Shown: positions 26,871 through 35,482, counted from the first letter of the stretch. The stretch: 64,000 bases of DNA from a virus (IMGVR_UViG_3300018428_002563:1-64000); one strand, 5' to 3'. Notes: generated by a model not told the origin, from the sequence alone. Translations and numbers: made by a program.

Positions 26871-27181
26871 GTAGTGCAATCTGGCATGTTGACAAACTAA
26901 AAGAGTTTGTTGCTGATAAGAAAGGAATCCCTACAGAAGAAGAACTAAATACCATGTTGAAAGAAACTGTCCTAGTTGTAACTTTCAACAAGTTAGACGG
27001 CGCAGAGCGTGTAATGACATGCACTAAGTCGTTTGACATTATCCCTGAAGAGCATAAGCCCAAAACAGATAAAAAACCACCAGCTGGTAACGTAACTGTT
27101 TGGGATATCAATGCAAAGGGTTGGCGTAGTTTTAAATATGATCGTGTAACAAAAGTCGAGGTTGACAAGACAGAATCTTGA
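26867..27181 (+). CDS. WYL_2/SH3-like fold protein
   Basis: VTFNKLDGAERVMTCT..VWDINAKGWRSF; start at ATG 26867. Confidence 0.7.
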   Translation: MSSAIWHVDKLKEFVADKKGIPTEEELNTMLKETVLVVTFNKLDGAERVMTCTKSFDIIPEEHKPKTDKKPPAGNVTVWDINAKGWRSFKYDRVTKVEVDKTES

Positions 27182-27190
27182 CTGTATAGT
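27162..27190 (+). promoter_or_regulatory. Sigma70-like promoter for the tRNA cluster
   Basis: TTGACA-17-TATAGT. Confidence 0.65.
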
Positions 27191-27200
27191 AATATACGCT

Positions 27201-27274
27201 GGGTGAATGGTGTAGTGGTAACACGACAGTCTCCAAAACTGTAAACTGAGGTTCGATTCCTTGTTCGCCTGCCA
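27201..27274 (+). tRNA. tRNA-Trp(CCA)
   Basis: ACAGT-ctCCAaa-ACTGT arm, TTCGATT loop, CCA end; several G-U pairs in stems. Confidence 0.9.
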
Positions 27275-27284
27275 AAAAAATTAT

Positions 27285-27359
27285 GGCCCGTTCGTCTAGT
27301 GGTTAGGACACATGGTTTTCATCCATGCAACAGGAGTTCGATTCTCCTACGGGCTACCA
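27285..27359 (+). tRNA. tRNA-Glu(TTC)
   Basis: CATGG-ttTTCat-CCATG arm; GGCCCGT/ACGGGCT acceptor; CCA end. Confidence 0.92.
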
Positions 27360-27363
27360 AGAT

Positions 27364-27425
27364 AGTATACACTCTGCAGGAAGTATAGCAACTTGCAACA
27401 GACTGATAAACTGGGAGTGTATACT
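27364..27425 (+). ncRNA. Unidentified structured element between tRNAs
   Basis: Perfect 11-bp inverted repeat AGTATACACTC/GAGTGTATACT enclosing two small hairpins. Confidence 0.4.
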
Positions 27426-27428
27426 TTA

Positions 27429-27518
27429 GGAGAGTTGGCTGAGTGGTCGAAAGCGGCACCCTGCTAAGGTGTTATACGGGCAACTGTATCGAGGGTTCGA
27501 ATCCCTCACTCTCCGCCA
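27429..27518 (+). tRNA. tRNA-Ser(GCT)
   Basis: GCACC-ctGCTaa-GGTGT arm, long variable arm, CCA end. Confidence 0.95.
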
Positions 27519-27522
27519 GATT

Positions 27523-27596
27523 GCGGGATTGGTATAGTGGTATTATGACAGCCTTCCAAGCTGACGAGACGGGTTCGATTCCCGTATCCCGCTCCA
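27523..27596 (+). tRNA. tRNA-Gly(TCC)
   Basis: GCGGGAT/ATCCCGC acceptor; CAGC-ctTCCaa-GCTG; U73-CCA end. Confidence 0.93.
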
Positions 27597-27601
27597 AATG
27601 G

Positions 27602-27629
27602 TTGACATTGACAAAATATGTGTTATAAT
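27602..27629 (+). promoter_or_regulatory. Sigma70-like promoter
   Basis: TTGACA-16-TATAAT with TG extension. Confidence 0.6.
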
Positions 27630-27652
27630 GTGTTTTTTAATTAGGAGTATGT

Positions 27653-28015
27653 ATGTTAGAATTAAGATCAGTTGAAGATAGAATGAAGTTTCACAACAAA
27701 GATATCGACAACCCTTATTCAGTAAATGGTTTTAATGGTACATGGGCTTTTTCAGACCATAGATTAATTCCAGAAGCTTTAATTGGTTTTTTGCAACATT
27801 ATTTTGGTCAAGCAAGAATTCGAAGAGTGTCGTTAGATCAAATCAACGAAGTTATGAACGATATTTGGGAAGGGCCCGGAAGTTTAAAGAAAGTCTTCGA
27901 GGCTGAAATGGAAATGAGAGCGTCTGGAAAAGATGTAAAAATGATTGCATCAGATTTTGTCAAAACCAAGTTTGATGATTTGGAAGAAGATACACCACTA
28001 AGTAATGTAGAGTAA
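27653..28015 (+). CDS. Hypothetical protein
   Basis: AGGAG RBS, own promoter. Confidence 0.7.
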   Translation: MLELRSVEDRMKFHNKDIDNPYSVNGFNGTWAFSDHRLIPEALIGFLQHYFGQARIRRVSLDQINEVMNDIWEGPGSLKKVFEAEMEMRASGKDVKMIASDFVKTKFDDLEEDTPLSNVE

Positions 28016-28020
28016 GTTAC

Positions 28021-28096
28021 GCCGGATTAGCTCAGTTGGTAGAGCAACTGATTTGTAATCAGTAGGTCGTCAGTTCGAATCCGACATCCGGCACCA
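28021..28096 (+). tRNA. tRNA-Thr(TGT)
   Basis: ACTGA-ttTGTaa-TCAGT arm; one A-C mismatch in the T stem; CCA end. Confidence 0.92.
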
Positions 28097-28111
28097 TTTA
28101 TAGGAAGAAGT

Positions 28112-28246
28112 ATGAAAAAGATAGCAGAATGGTTAGATATCTGTAAAGTACACTGGAAAGAAATTTTTGCAATTTCGTTTCTGATGCATTTTGTATTTGA
28201 TTGGTTCATATTTCTTTTAGGTTTTTTGGTAGGTAAATATCTATGA
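28112..28246 (+). CDS. Small hydrophobic protein between tRNAs (44 aa, not in ORF track)
   Basis: MKKIAEWLDICKVHWKEIFAISFLMHFVFDWFIFLLGFLVGKYL; AGGA RBS; fills the gap between tRNA-Thr and tRNA-Ala. Confidence 0.55.
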   Translation: MKKIAEWLDICKVHWKEIFAISFLMHFVFDWFIFLLGFLVGKYL

Positions 28247-28248
28247 TA

Positions 28249-28324
28249 GGGGCCGTAGCTCAGTTGGGAGAGCGACTGGTTTGCATCCAGTAGGTCGCAG
28301 GTTCGACCCCTGTCGGCTCCACCA
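28249..28324 (+). tRNA. tRNA-Ala(TGC)
   Basis: G3:U70 identity pair; ACTGG-ttTGCat-CCAGT; CCA end. Confidence 0.95.
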
Positions 28325-28348
28325 TTCTAGAAAGGATACTATGTAAAT

Positions 28349-28936
28349 ATGCCAGTTGAAGCATGGTTCTATACACCTGCTTATTATGACTTCATCAAAG
28401 GTGAAGATCTTAATAAGGTGCAGACAGAAATAAGCGATACTTTGCCTAGCGTTGAGTTTTCAAAACACAAAGGTTGGGGAGAGACAAATCATAGTCTAAG
28501 CGATCCAACATTTAAAACTAATTACATAGACAAGTATAAACTACGTTTTACAAAAAAATTATTTGTACAACACATCAAACAATATCTAGCCGCGTTCAAA
28601 CACGAAGAATATACAGTTAAGATAGAGAATTCTTGGCTTACAAGTACTCAAAAAGGTGAACACACTACTGTACATAATCACGGTGGTTTTGATATAAGTG
28701 GCGTGTATTACTTTCAAACAAACAAACAAGACGGTTCTCTATATTTGATGAATCCTCTTACAAGCCTAGTAAGCTCACACTATTTTGCACCAGATGAATG
28801 CATATATTATCACCCAGAAATAGGGAAACTTATACTATTTCCTAGTTGGATATATCACGGTGTAAGGCCAAATGACACAGATGACACTAGAATAAGCCTG
28901 TCATTTAATGCCAAAATTTCTTTCAAAAATGGTTGA
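28349..28936 (+). CDS. Putative 2OG-Fe(II) oxygenase (TIGR02466-like)
   Basis: HNH..ISGVYY, LILFPSWIYHGV, RISLSFN. Confidence 0.82.
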   Translation: MPVEAWFYTPAYYDFIKGEDLNKVQTEISDTLPSVEFSKHKGWGETNHSLSDPTFKTNYIDKYKLRFTKKLFVQHIKQYLAAFKHEEYTVKIENSWLTSTQKGEHTTVHNHGGFDISGVYYFQTNKQDGSLYLMNPLTSLVSSHYFAPDECIYYHPEIGKLILFPSWIYHGVRPNDTDDTRISLSFNAKISFKNG

Positions 28937-28981
28937 CAATGCCCTAATCCTTTGCTATAATATATACATAAATTAGGCAAA
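28933..28981 (+). promoter_or_regulatory. Sigma70-like early promoter with repeated 31-nt element (copy 2)
   Basis: TTGACA-17-TATAAT; 28951-28981 identical to 21110-21140. Confidence 0.8.
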
Positions 28982-28994
28982 GTAGAGGCACACA

Positions 28995-29501
28995 ATGACA
29001 TTAGTAGATCAAGCAAAATTGTTCGCTACAGCCGCACACGGGGCTATCGGACAAGTTCGTAAATACACAGGCGAACCATACGTTACACACCCTATTAGAG
29101 TAATGAACCTTGTTAGCACAGTAATCAAGGACGAGAAGGTGTTAGCGGCCGCTTTGTTGCACGATGTCATCGAAGATACTAAAATTACAAAAGAAGATAT
29201 TGCTTTTGCATTTGGTATTGAAGTTGCTGATATGGTTGTTTTACTTAGTGACCCGCCCAAAGTTGAAGGTGGTCCTAATCGTAAAGCACGTAAAGCAATG
29301 GATCGTGATAGACTTAGTAAGGCACCTGCATGTGTACAGACTATCAAAGTTGCAGACATGATTGACAACACTGAAAGTATTGTTGCACATGATCCTAAGT
29401 TTGCAAAAGTATACTTAGAAGAAAAGCGTTTGCTTTTAGATGTATTAACTAAAGCAGATGCAAAGTTAGTTGAAATTGCAAAAAATCAGGTAACACGATG
29501 A
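28995..29501 (+). CDS. HD-domain (p)ppGpp hydrolase-like protein (Mesh1/small alarmone hydrolase)
   Basis: AH..Q.RK.TGEPYVTHP, AAALLHDVIEDT, IKVADMIDN. Confidence 0.85.
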   Translation: MTLVDQAKLFATAAHGAIGQVRKYTGEPYVTHPIRVMNLVSTVIKDEKVLAAALLHDVIEDTKITKEDIAFAFGIEVADMVVLLSDPPKVEGGPNRKARKAMDRDRLSKAPACVQTIKVADMIDNTESIVAHDPKFAKVYLEEKRLLLDVLTKADAKLVEIAKNQVTR

Positions 29502-29556
29502 GTAGGTTTCAAGAGAAGTTTTTGAAGCCTACTCTTTTTAATCAAAAGGACATTGG

Positions 29557-29718
29557 ATGGTAGGAACTGTTTGGCCAGTACAAGGAAGTAAAGGGAATGA
29601 GTATTCCGTCACATTACATGATCGTGGATTTAACTGTGATTGTACAGGTTTTGGATACCATGGGTATTGCAATCATTCTAAATCTATTGTAAAAAAAGTT
29701 GAGAGGGCAATGGCATGA
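29557..29718 (+). CDS. SWIM zinc-finger protein (possibly frameshifted; not in ORF track)
   Basis: GSKGNEYSV..FNCDCTGFGYHGYCNH; ATGA overlap with ligase start. Confidence 0.6.
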   Translation: MVGTVWPVQGSKGNEYSVTLHDRGFNCDCTGFGYHGYCNHSKSIVKKVERAMA

Positions 29719-31022
29719 GAACACAACCAGACGCAATTATTAGGCAACTTGAAGCAGACAACAGTCGCTTGGGCAAAGAAGCAATCCTAAAACAAGCACA
29801 CGAAGAAGGACTTCCTGAGTTCTTTGAAGGTCTTACAATGGCACTAGATCCGCTTGTAACATTTGGAGTAAAGCAGGTACCTGAACGTTCAGATATATTA
29901 ACTGGACAAGGATTGTCTTGGTCTGTGTTTAAAGAACTTGCTGAAAAACTACAACAGCGTGAACTAACCGGACATGCGGCACGTGATGCTATTGAATTAG
30001 CAATGGGTGTGGCTACTACAGAACAATGGAATGATTGGTATCGCCGTATCCTTATTAAAGATTTACGTTGCGGAGTAAGTGAAAAGACCGTGAACAAAGT
30101 GGTGCCTGGTACTGTACCGGTATTCACTTGTTCATTGGCACACGACTCTGCTAAACACGAAAAGAAAATGACTGGCAAGAAACAAATTGAAATCAAATTA
30201 GATGGCGTTCGTGTTCTTACTACTATACGTGGTAACAAAGTTGAGATGTTCAGTCGTAATGGTAAACAGTTTCACAACTTTGGACACATCATTGCAGAAA
30301 TAGAAGAAGTACTAAAAGATTATCCTGCACCGTATCCGCTTATGCTCGACGGCGAAGTAATGAGTGCTAACTTTCAAGACTTAATGAAACAGGTACATCG
30401 TAAGGACAATGTAAGTGCAAACGATGCTGTACTACATTTGTTTGACATGGCACCTTTGGGTAACTTCTTAAACGGAAAGTATGACAAACCACAGCATGAA
30501 CGTAGTGCTATGGTAAAGTATTGGGTAGAAGATCATAAAAGCGTTTTAAAGCACGTACAAGCACTTGATTGGGAAACAGTAGACCTAAGTACTCCCGAAG
30601 GCGAAAAACGCTTTACAGAGCTTAATAAAGCGGCTGTAGACGGTGGATATGAAGGTGTTATGATTAAGGACGTTGATGCTCCTTATGAATGTAAACGTAC
30701 TCATGCATGGCTTAAAGCAAAGCCATTTATTGAAGTAACATTGGAGGTAGTAGATGTCGAAGAAGGAACAGGAAGAAATGAAGGAAGACTTGGAGCACTC
30801 GTATGCCGCGGTGAGGATGATGGACGGATGGTTGAGGTCAATTGCGGTAGCGGGTTTAGTGACGCTGATCGCGATACCTTTTGGAGCAATCGTGGGTCTT
30901 TGGTTGGCCAACTTGTAGAGGTACGAGCAGATGCAATTACGCAAAATCAAGACGGCACTTACTCGTTACGTTTTCCAAGATTTAAAACGTTCCGGGGATT
31001 CGAAGCCGGCGAAAAAATATAA
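29715..31022 (+). CDS. ATP-dependent DNA ligase
   Basis: EIKLDGVR, LDGE, EGVMIK, WLKAK, SLRFPRF. Confidence 0.95.
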   Translation: MRTQPDAIIRQLEADNSRLGKEAILKQAHEEGLPEFFEGLTMALDPLVTFGVKQVPERSDILTGQGLSWSVFKELAEKLQQRELTGHAARDAIELAMGVATTEQWNDWYRRILIKDLRCGVSEKTVNKVVPGTVPVFTCSLAHDSAKHEKKMTGKKQIEIKLDGVRVLTTIRGNKVEMFSRNGKQFHNFGHIIAEIEEVLKDYPAPYPLMLDGEVMSANFQDLMKQVHRKDNVSANDAVLHLFDMAPLGNFLNGKYDKPQHERSAMVKYWVEDHKSVLKHVQALDWETVDLSTPEGEKRFTELNKAAVDGGYEGVMIKDVDAPYECKRTHAWLKAKPFIEVTLEVVDVEEGTGRNEGRLGALVCRGEDDGRMVEVNCGSGFSDADRDTFWSNRGSLVGQLVEVRADAITQNQDGTYSLRFPRFKTFRGFEAGEKI

Positions 31023-31099
31023 ATTTTACAAATACACAAAAAGTAAAAAGTATGAAAATGCTCGTTGTATTTGGGACTTAGAAAACGAAGGATAGTGAC

Positions 31100-31339
31100 A
31101 TGAAACACATTTGGTATTTCCTTAAATGGAATTTTAACTTTCAAGAATGGCAACCTTACAGCAAACGCATGCTTGGATATTTTATATTAGGTATTGTATT
31201 TGGAATGCTTGTTGAGAACGGATTTTTTATTACGCCTATTTTAATATTTGTTGATATGACAGTTGATATTGTGCGTAATAGATACAATGACTTTCTAGCA
31301 GAACGTGATGAGATCTTAGACGAGCTCAAGAAAAAATAA
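31100..31339 (+). CDS. Small membrane protein
   Basis: Two hydrophobic segments; AAGGA RBS. Confidence 0.55.
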   Translation: MKHIWYFLKWNFNFQEWQPYSKRMLGYFILGIVFGMLVENGFFITPILIFVDMTVDIVRNRYNDFLAERDEILDELKKK

Positions 31340-31351
31340 AGGCATCATGAG

Positions 31352-31762
31352 TTGCACTCTCTTATTCGCAAAAAACTGTTACAGGTTGCATACGATAATC
31401 CTGGAGTTCAAGGCCGTGTTAAAATGGCTGCCGGTATTATCTATAAAAGACATCTAATTGCAACAGGTATAAACAGTTATAAGACCCATCCCTTAATGTG
31501 TGAATCTAACGGTTACAGGGATGGGCAAATCTACTTACATGCAGAAGTTGATGCTATTAAAAATGCATTAAGAATCATTTCTGTTGATCAATTATCAAAA
31601 TGTGATATGTACATTGTACGGTTGAAGAAAACTCAACCATATGGAACTACATTTGTTCCCGGACTAGCAAAACCGTGTCCAGGATGTATGCAATTAATTA
31701 GTAGTTTCGATTTAAAGAATGTTTATTGGACTGAAGATGAAGAAACAGTTTGTTTTGCATGA
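31352..31762 (+). CDS. Zn-dependent cytidine/deoxycytidylate deaminase-family protein
   Basis: HAE..AI and PCPGC motifs. Confidence 0.85.
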   Translation: MHSLIRKKLLQVAYDNPGVQGRVKMAAGIIYKRHLIATGINSYKTHPLMCESNGYRDGQIYLHAEVDAIKNALRIISVDQLSKCDMYIVRLKKTQPYGTTFVPGLAKPCPGCMQLISSFDLKNVYWTEDEETVCFA

Positions 31763-31976
31763 GTTTACGATGGGAGATGTAGAGGACCCGCATATTTACG
31801 TGACAGCGCCAATTTGGGAATGGCAACAAACTCAGCAAGGTAAATTTGCTATGAAGTACGGAAAAAATATTAAGTACACTATAGCACCAGACGATTTTTC
31901 CTACGGACATAGAGTTACTATAACAGGAGAATTTGCTGGCAAGTATGAAACTGTGCTACGTTTGAAAAAAGATTGA
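31737..31976 (+). CDS. Hypothetical protein
   Basis: MKKQFVLHEFTMGDVEDP..PIWEWQQT..GKF. Confidence 0.6.
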   Translation: MKKQFVLHEFTMGDVEDPHIYVTAPIWEWQQTQQGKFAMKYGKNIKYTIAPDDFSYGHRVTITGEFAGKYETVLRLKKD

Positions 31977-32001
31977 CTTTTTTAATCTTTGCATATATAC
32001 T
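31973..32001 (+). promoter_or_regulatory. Sigma70-like promoter
   Basis: TTGACT-17-TATACT. Confidence 0.55.
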
Positions 32002-32030
32002 TTTTGTAATAAACTTTTTGGAGATTTTAA

Positions 32031-33323
32031 ATGGCCCTGCCGAAGACTAAAAGAAAAAAACCTAGAGCGGCTCCTCGTCTAAAACGCGGTGCTAAACTTA
32101 CAGCGCCTAGTTGGGATGGCTGGGAAGAATGGACGGGTGAACAGATTCACCGTCATAGAGAATATGTAAGATCTTTTTACTATGAAAATTATAAGCCAGC
32201 TGATTTGTATCCTAGTATATTCAAATGGATGGAAGCAAGCGGAGAATATACTAAAGAACAAATAAAACACGCAAAGGCAATGCCTAATACTTACATCAGT
32301 ATTACAAGTGCTATTGTTGCACAATCATTTTTAGATGGTGCTCCTGACTATGTAAAGAGAGAAGATGAGCATTGGCAAAGTCTTGCTGGCACAATGGGTC
32401 CTAAGAAAGGTCCTAGCGAATTCCTTAAAAAACGAATTGAAACTTACATTGAAGGTGGCTCAAAGGCTGTTCAAGTTAAAACAAAAGAAGAAAAAGCAAA
32501 AGCAAACGTCTACGTTCCTACAATACAAGAACGTATAAGAGACCAGGCATATGATATGTCTGAACCAATTGACGAATGGTTGGAAGTTTGGGTACAAGAC
32601 CCAAAGTTGTTTGACCCAAAAGGGTTTGACTTTAAAGCATATTTTAAAAAAGTTCAACCAAGTCAAGCTCACGCTCGCAAAATGAAATCTTTTTGGGAGT
32701 CGGAACTAGTAGACTTTGACGACCTAGAAAGAATGCCAACAAAAGGACAGTTGGCAAAAATGGACGAACACGAAAGAGATATGTGGGAACAACTAAAAGA
32801 AGGTTACGCAGATCACAAAAAATCTGATATTGCAAAATATCGCAAAGCAATCGAAACCGTGAATGCAGAGCTAGACTTTATTATTGAGCAAGCTAAGGCA
32901 ACACGTAAACCACGTAAGCCTAAGCAACGATCTGCAAGTAAAATTGTAGAGAAGTTGAAGTTTAACAAAGCAGATGACAAGTATTCACTTGCAAGTATTG
33001 ATCCTACACTTATTGTAGGTGCTAGTGAGCTGTGGGTGTTTAACAGTAAGACACGTAAACTAGGCAAATATGTTGCATCAAATATAGATCCAAAAGGTCT
33101 TGCTAGAGACGGTACTGGACTTAGTGTTAAAGGCACAACAATAATAGGGTTTGACGAAAAAGAAAGTATTCAAAAGACGCTACGTAAGCCAGAAGAACAA
33201 CTAAAAGAGTTTAAAAATGCAGGTAAAGTAGCATTACGCAAGTTTCTAGAGGAGATAAAAACTACTGATACAAAACTAAACGGACGTTGTAATCCGGATA
33301 CAGTGCTTCTTAAAGTAAACTGA
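32031..33323 (+). CDS. Conserved basic phage hypothetical protein
   Basis: GGAG RBS; C-terminal LWVFNSKTRKLG, SVKGTTI, KTLRKP, NGR motifs. Confidence 0.7.
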   Translation: MALPKTKRKKPRAAPRLKRGAKLTAPSWDGWEEWTGEQIHRHREYVRSFYYENYKPADLYPSIFKWMEASGEYTKEQIKHAKAMPNTYISITSAIVAQSFLDGAPDYVKREDEHWQSLAGTMGPKKGPSEFLKKRIETYIEGGSKAVQVKTKEEKAKANVYVPTIQERIRDQAYDMSEPIDEWLEVWVQDPKLFDPKGFDFKAYFKKVQPSQAHARKMKSFWESELVDFDDLERMPTKGQLAKMDEHERDMWEQLKEGYADHKKSDIAKYRKAIETVNAELDFIIEQAKATRKPRKPKQRSASKIVEKLKFNKADDKYSLASIDPTLIVGASELWVFNSKTRKLGKYVASNIDPKGLARDGTGLSVKGTTIIGFDEKESIQKTLRKPEEQLKEFKNAGKVALRKFLEEIKTTDTKLNGRCNPDTVLLKVN

Positions 33324-33334
33324 TAAATACTTAC

Positions 33335-34468
33335 ATGAAGAAGCCAGATCCTAATAAAGTCCGTATTGCTGTAGAAGGACTACCTATTTTAGCAGAAGTT
33401 GTTGATGCTTTAGCAAGCATAGACAACACTCCTGACATGTCAAAACTAGCAAATAACAGCCTAAGTGGAGACTTAATTCAAGGAGGTACAATATCTAAGT
33501 TTAAAAGCACCGGTATTAAAGACGAGTCAACTAGACTTGTAGTGTTTGTAAATGACGATGGAATACTAACTGATACAATAGACGTAGAAACACTAGTAGG
33601 CGACACAAATGTTTCTGGTAATTTACATGTAGACGGCGAAGTTTATGCAAAAAAACTTCATGTTGACGAAGTTACAGCAGACGTTAGAAATGAAAGATCT
33701 GGACCACTTGAATTCAATGATGCAGATGGTAACATCTATAATAAAGGATTATTGTGGGTGCAAAAAGGACAACCTACAAAACAGTTTGTGTACAGACCTA
33801 ATCCAGATAGACTTTGGAGTAGTGATCCAATAGATTTACATGCAGATGCTGCATACTTTGTAAACGGCAACTATGTTCTAAGCAAAGATTCACTAGGCCC
33901 TGATATTAAAACAAGTAGCCTTAGAGAAGTAGGTACACTTCATAAGTTAAATGTTAGAGGCAATGTTTCTTTTGGTCAACATCTATTTTGGAACAGCGAT
34001 GCTGATAGGCTAGGTATTGGTACTGAAGCACCTAATGGTGCTGTTGGTATAATGGGCTTTGATTCTGAGTTTGTTATTGATATAGATCAACCAGAGATCA
34101 AATTAGGAACATATACAACACATGACCTAGAAATTATAACTGACAATACAACTAGAATTAGTGTAAGTGCTAATGGTAAAATACACCTAGGTAACAAGAA
34201 CAGTGACTCAGCAAGGGTTACAGTACATGGTAAATTAGGTGTTGGTGTAAACACAATTTCAGACGACAGCGATCTTGCTGTTGCAGGCCCGATAAAATTT
34301 GAAAACAAAAAAATGCAAGTAGGTTCCGGTTCACCCACTAGTGGACAATATCGTAAAGGCGATATAGTTTGGAATGATGACCCAAAGCCAACAGGCTATA
34401 TAGGTTGGGTATGCATTTTGGAAGGCACTCCAGGAGAATGGAAGCCTTTCGGTCAAATCAGCTCATAA
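33335..34468 (+). CDS. Late beta-rich structural/tail-fibre-like protein
   Basis: SSLREVGTL, RLGIGTEAP, GKLGVGV, GDIVWN..GWVC..GTPGEWKPFG; ATAAATA at 33323. Confidence 0.65.
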   Translation: MKKPDPNKVRIAVEGLPILAEVVDALASIDNTPDMSKLANNSLSGDLIQGGTISKFKSTGIKDESTRLVVFVNDDGILTDTIDVETLVGDTNVSGNLHVDGEVYAKKLHVDEVTADVRNERSGPLEFNDADGNIYNKGLLWVQKGQPTKQFVYRPNPDRLWSSDPIDLHADAAYFVNGNYVLSKDSLGPDIKTSSLREVGTLHKLNVRGNVSFGQHLFWNSDADRLGIGTEAPNGAVGIMGFDSEFVIDIDQPEIKLGTYTTHDLEIITDNTTRISVSANGKIHLGNKNSDSARVTVHGKLGVGVNTISDDSDLAVAGPIKFENKKMQVGSGSPTSGQYRKGDIVWNDDPKPTGYIGWVCILEGTPGEWKPFGQISS

Positions 34469-34510
34469 ACTACCAACAAAATAAAGTAAGAGTACCCTAT
34501 AAATATTAGT

Positions 34511-34822
34511 ATGACTAACTTTGACTTATTAAAAAAACAAACTAAAAAACAGGCACTTATTTGGAAAATAATAGGCAGTGTACTTCCCATGACAGGCTTT
34601 ATAGCTCTAGCGATTTCGTATTGGCTAGGAGCTCATGAAACATATTATTGGCTTATTTTAACAGGCACTTGTACTTTTATGTTCGTCGCCGCAATTTGGT
34701 GGTGGTGGGCAATAGATAAAATTTCCTCTGTTGTTGAATTAATGTCTCAAGCGGCTGAAAAATTTAAAGAAGTTAAGCAAGACATTACTGTCTTAAAAGA
34801 AGATATAAACAACAATAAATAA
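34511..34822 (+). CDS. Two-TM membrane protein with coiled-coil tail
   Basis: Hydrophobic helices, WWWW; TATAAATA at 34498. Confidence 0.6.
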   Translation: MTNFDLLKKQTKKQALIWKIIGSVLPMTGFIALAISYWLGAHETYYWLILTGTCTFMFVAAIWWWWAIDKISSVVELMSQAAEKFKEVKQDITVLKEDINNNK

Positions 34823-34826
34823 TTGT

Positions 34827-35420
34827 ATGTATGTATTTGGTAACGGTGAAAGCCGTTCTCGGCTTGATATTGACTCTCTGTTTGGAACTAAAATAGGGTG
34901 CAATGCCATTATGCGTGATTATAAAATGGATCATCTTATCTGTGTTGACAAACGAATGGTTGAAGAATCTATCAACGCTGGTATAAATGAGGAAACAAAA
35001 ATTTACACAAGAAGCGATTGGTATCCTAGATTCAAACAACACAAAAACATAAGATTACTTCCTAATTTACCTTATGAAGGAAATGAGAGATGGGACGAAC
35101 CATTTCAATGGGGTAGTGGTCCTTATGCTGTTCTTTTAGGAGCTCTAAAGAGCAAAAAAGAAACAGTTCATTTAATAGGCTTTGATATGTACAGTGACAC
35201 TAGCACAGTTAATAACATATACAAAGATACACGAAACTATGATAGAGCAGATAAGAGAGCCGTTGATCCTAGATATTGGATACACCAAATAGGAAAAGTA
35301 TTCCAATGTTTTCCTAAAACTAAATTTATAGTCTATAATAAACATATAAAACTAAAAGAATCCTGGATTTATCCTAACGTAATGGTTGACACGATAAGTA
35401 ACATATCGTATAATAGTTAA
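34827..35420 (+). CDS. MptE-like/glycosyltransferase-like Rossmann protein
   Basis: VFGNGESR, GCNA, CVD, WGSGP, LIGFD. Confidence 0.55.
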   Translation: MYVFGNGESRSRLDIDSLFGTKIGCNAIMRDYKMDHLICVDKRMVEESINAGINEETKIYTRSDWYPRFKQHKNIRLLPNLPYEGNERWDEPFQWGSGPYAVLLGALKSKKETVHLIGFDMYSDTSTVNNIYKDTRNYDRADKRAVDPRYWIHQIGKVFQCFPKTKFIVYNKHIKLKESWIYPNVMVDTISNISYNS

Positions 35421-35482
35421 TATTAATATAGGACTTGGCGTCAACCCTTCTAATTCTGCCGCCATATTATAGGAGAAAACAT
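35386..35482 (+). promoter_or_regulatory. Sigma70 promoter plus pseudoknot-forming leader of queD
   Basis: TTGACA-17-TATAAT (35386-35414); stem TGGCGtCA/TGcCGCCA; loop CTTCTA complementary to SD TAGGAG. Confidence 0.55.

Noticed and set aside
27395-27415. Hammerhead ribozyme (CTGATA resembles CUGAUGA)
   Set aside because: Core is incomplete and no correctly placed GAAA.
27443-27628. 61-aa ORF in the track
   Set aside because: Overlaps tRNA-Ser and tRNA-Gly; spurious.
28027-28209. Minus-strand 60-aa ORF
   Set aside because: Antisense to tRNA-Thr and a plausible plus-strand small gene.
29684-30238. 184-aa antisense ORF
   Set aside because: Shadow of the DNA ligase; no RBS or motif.
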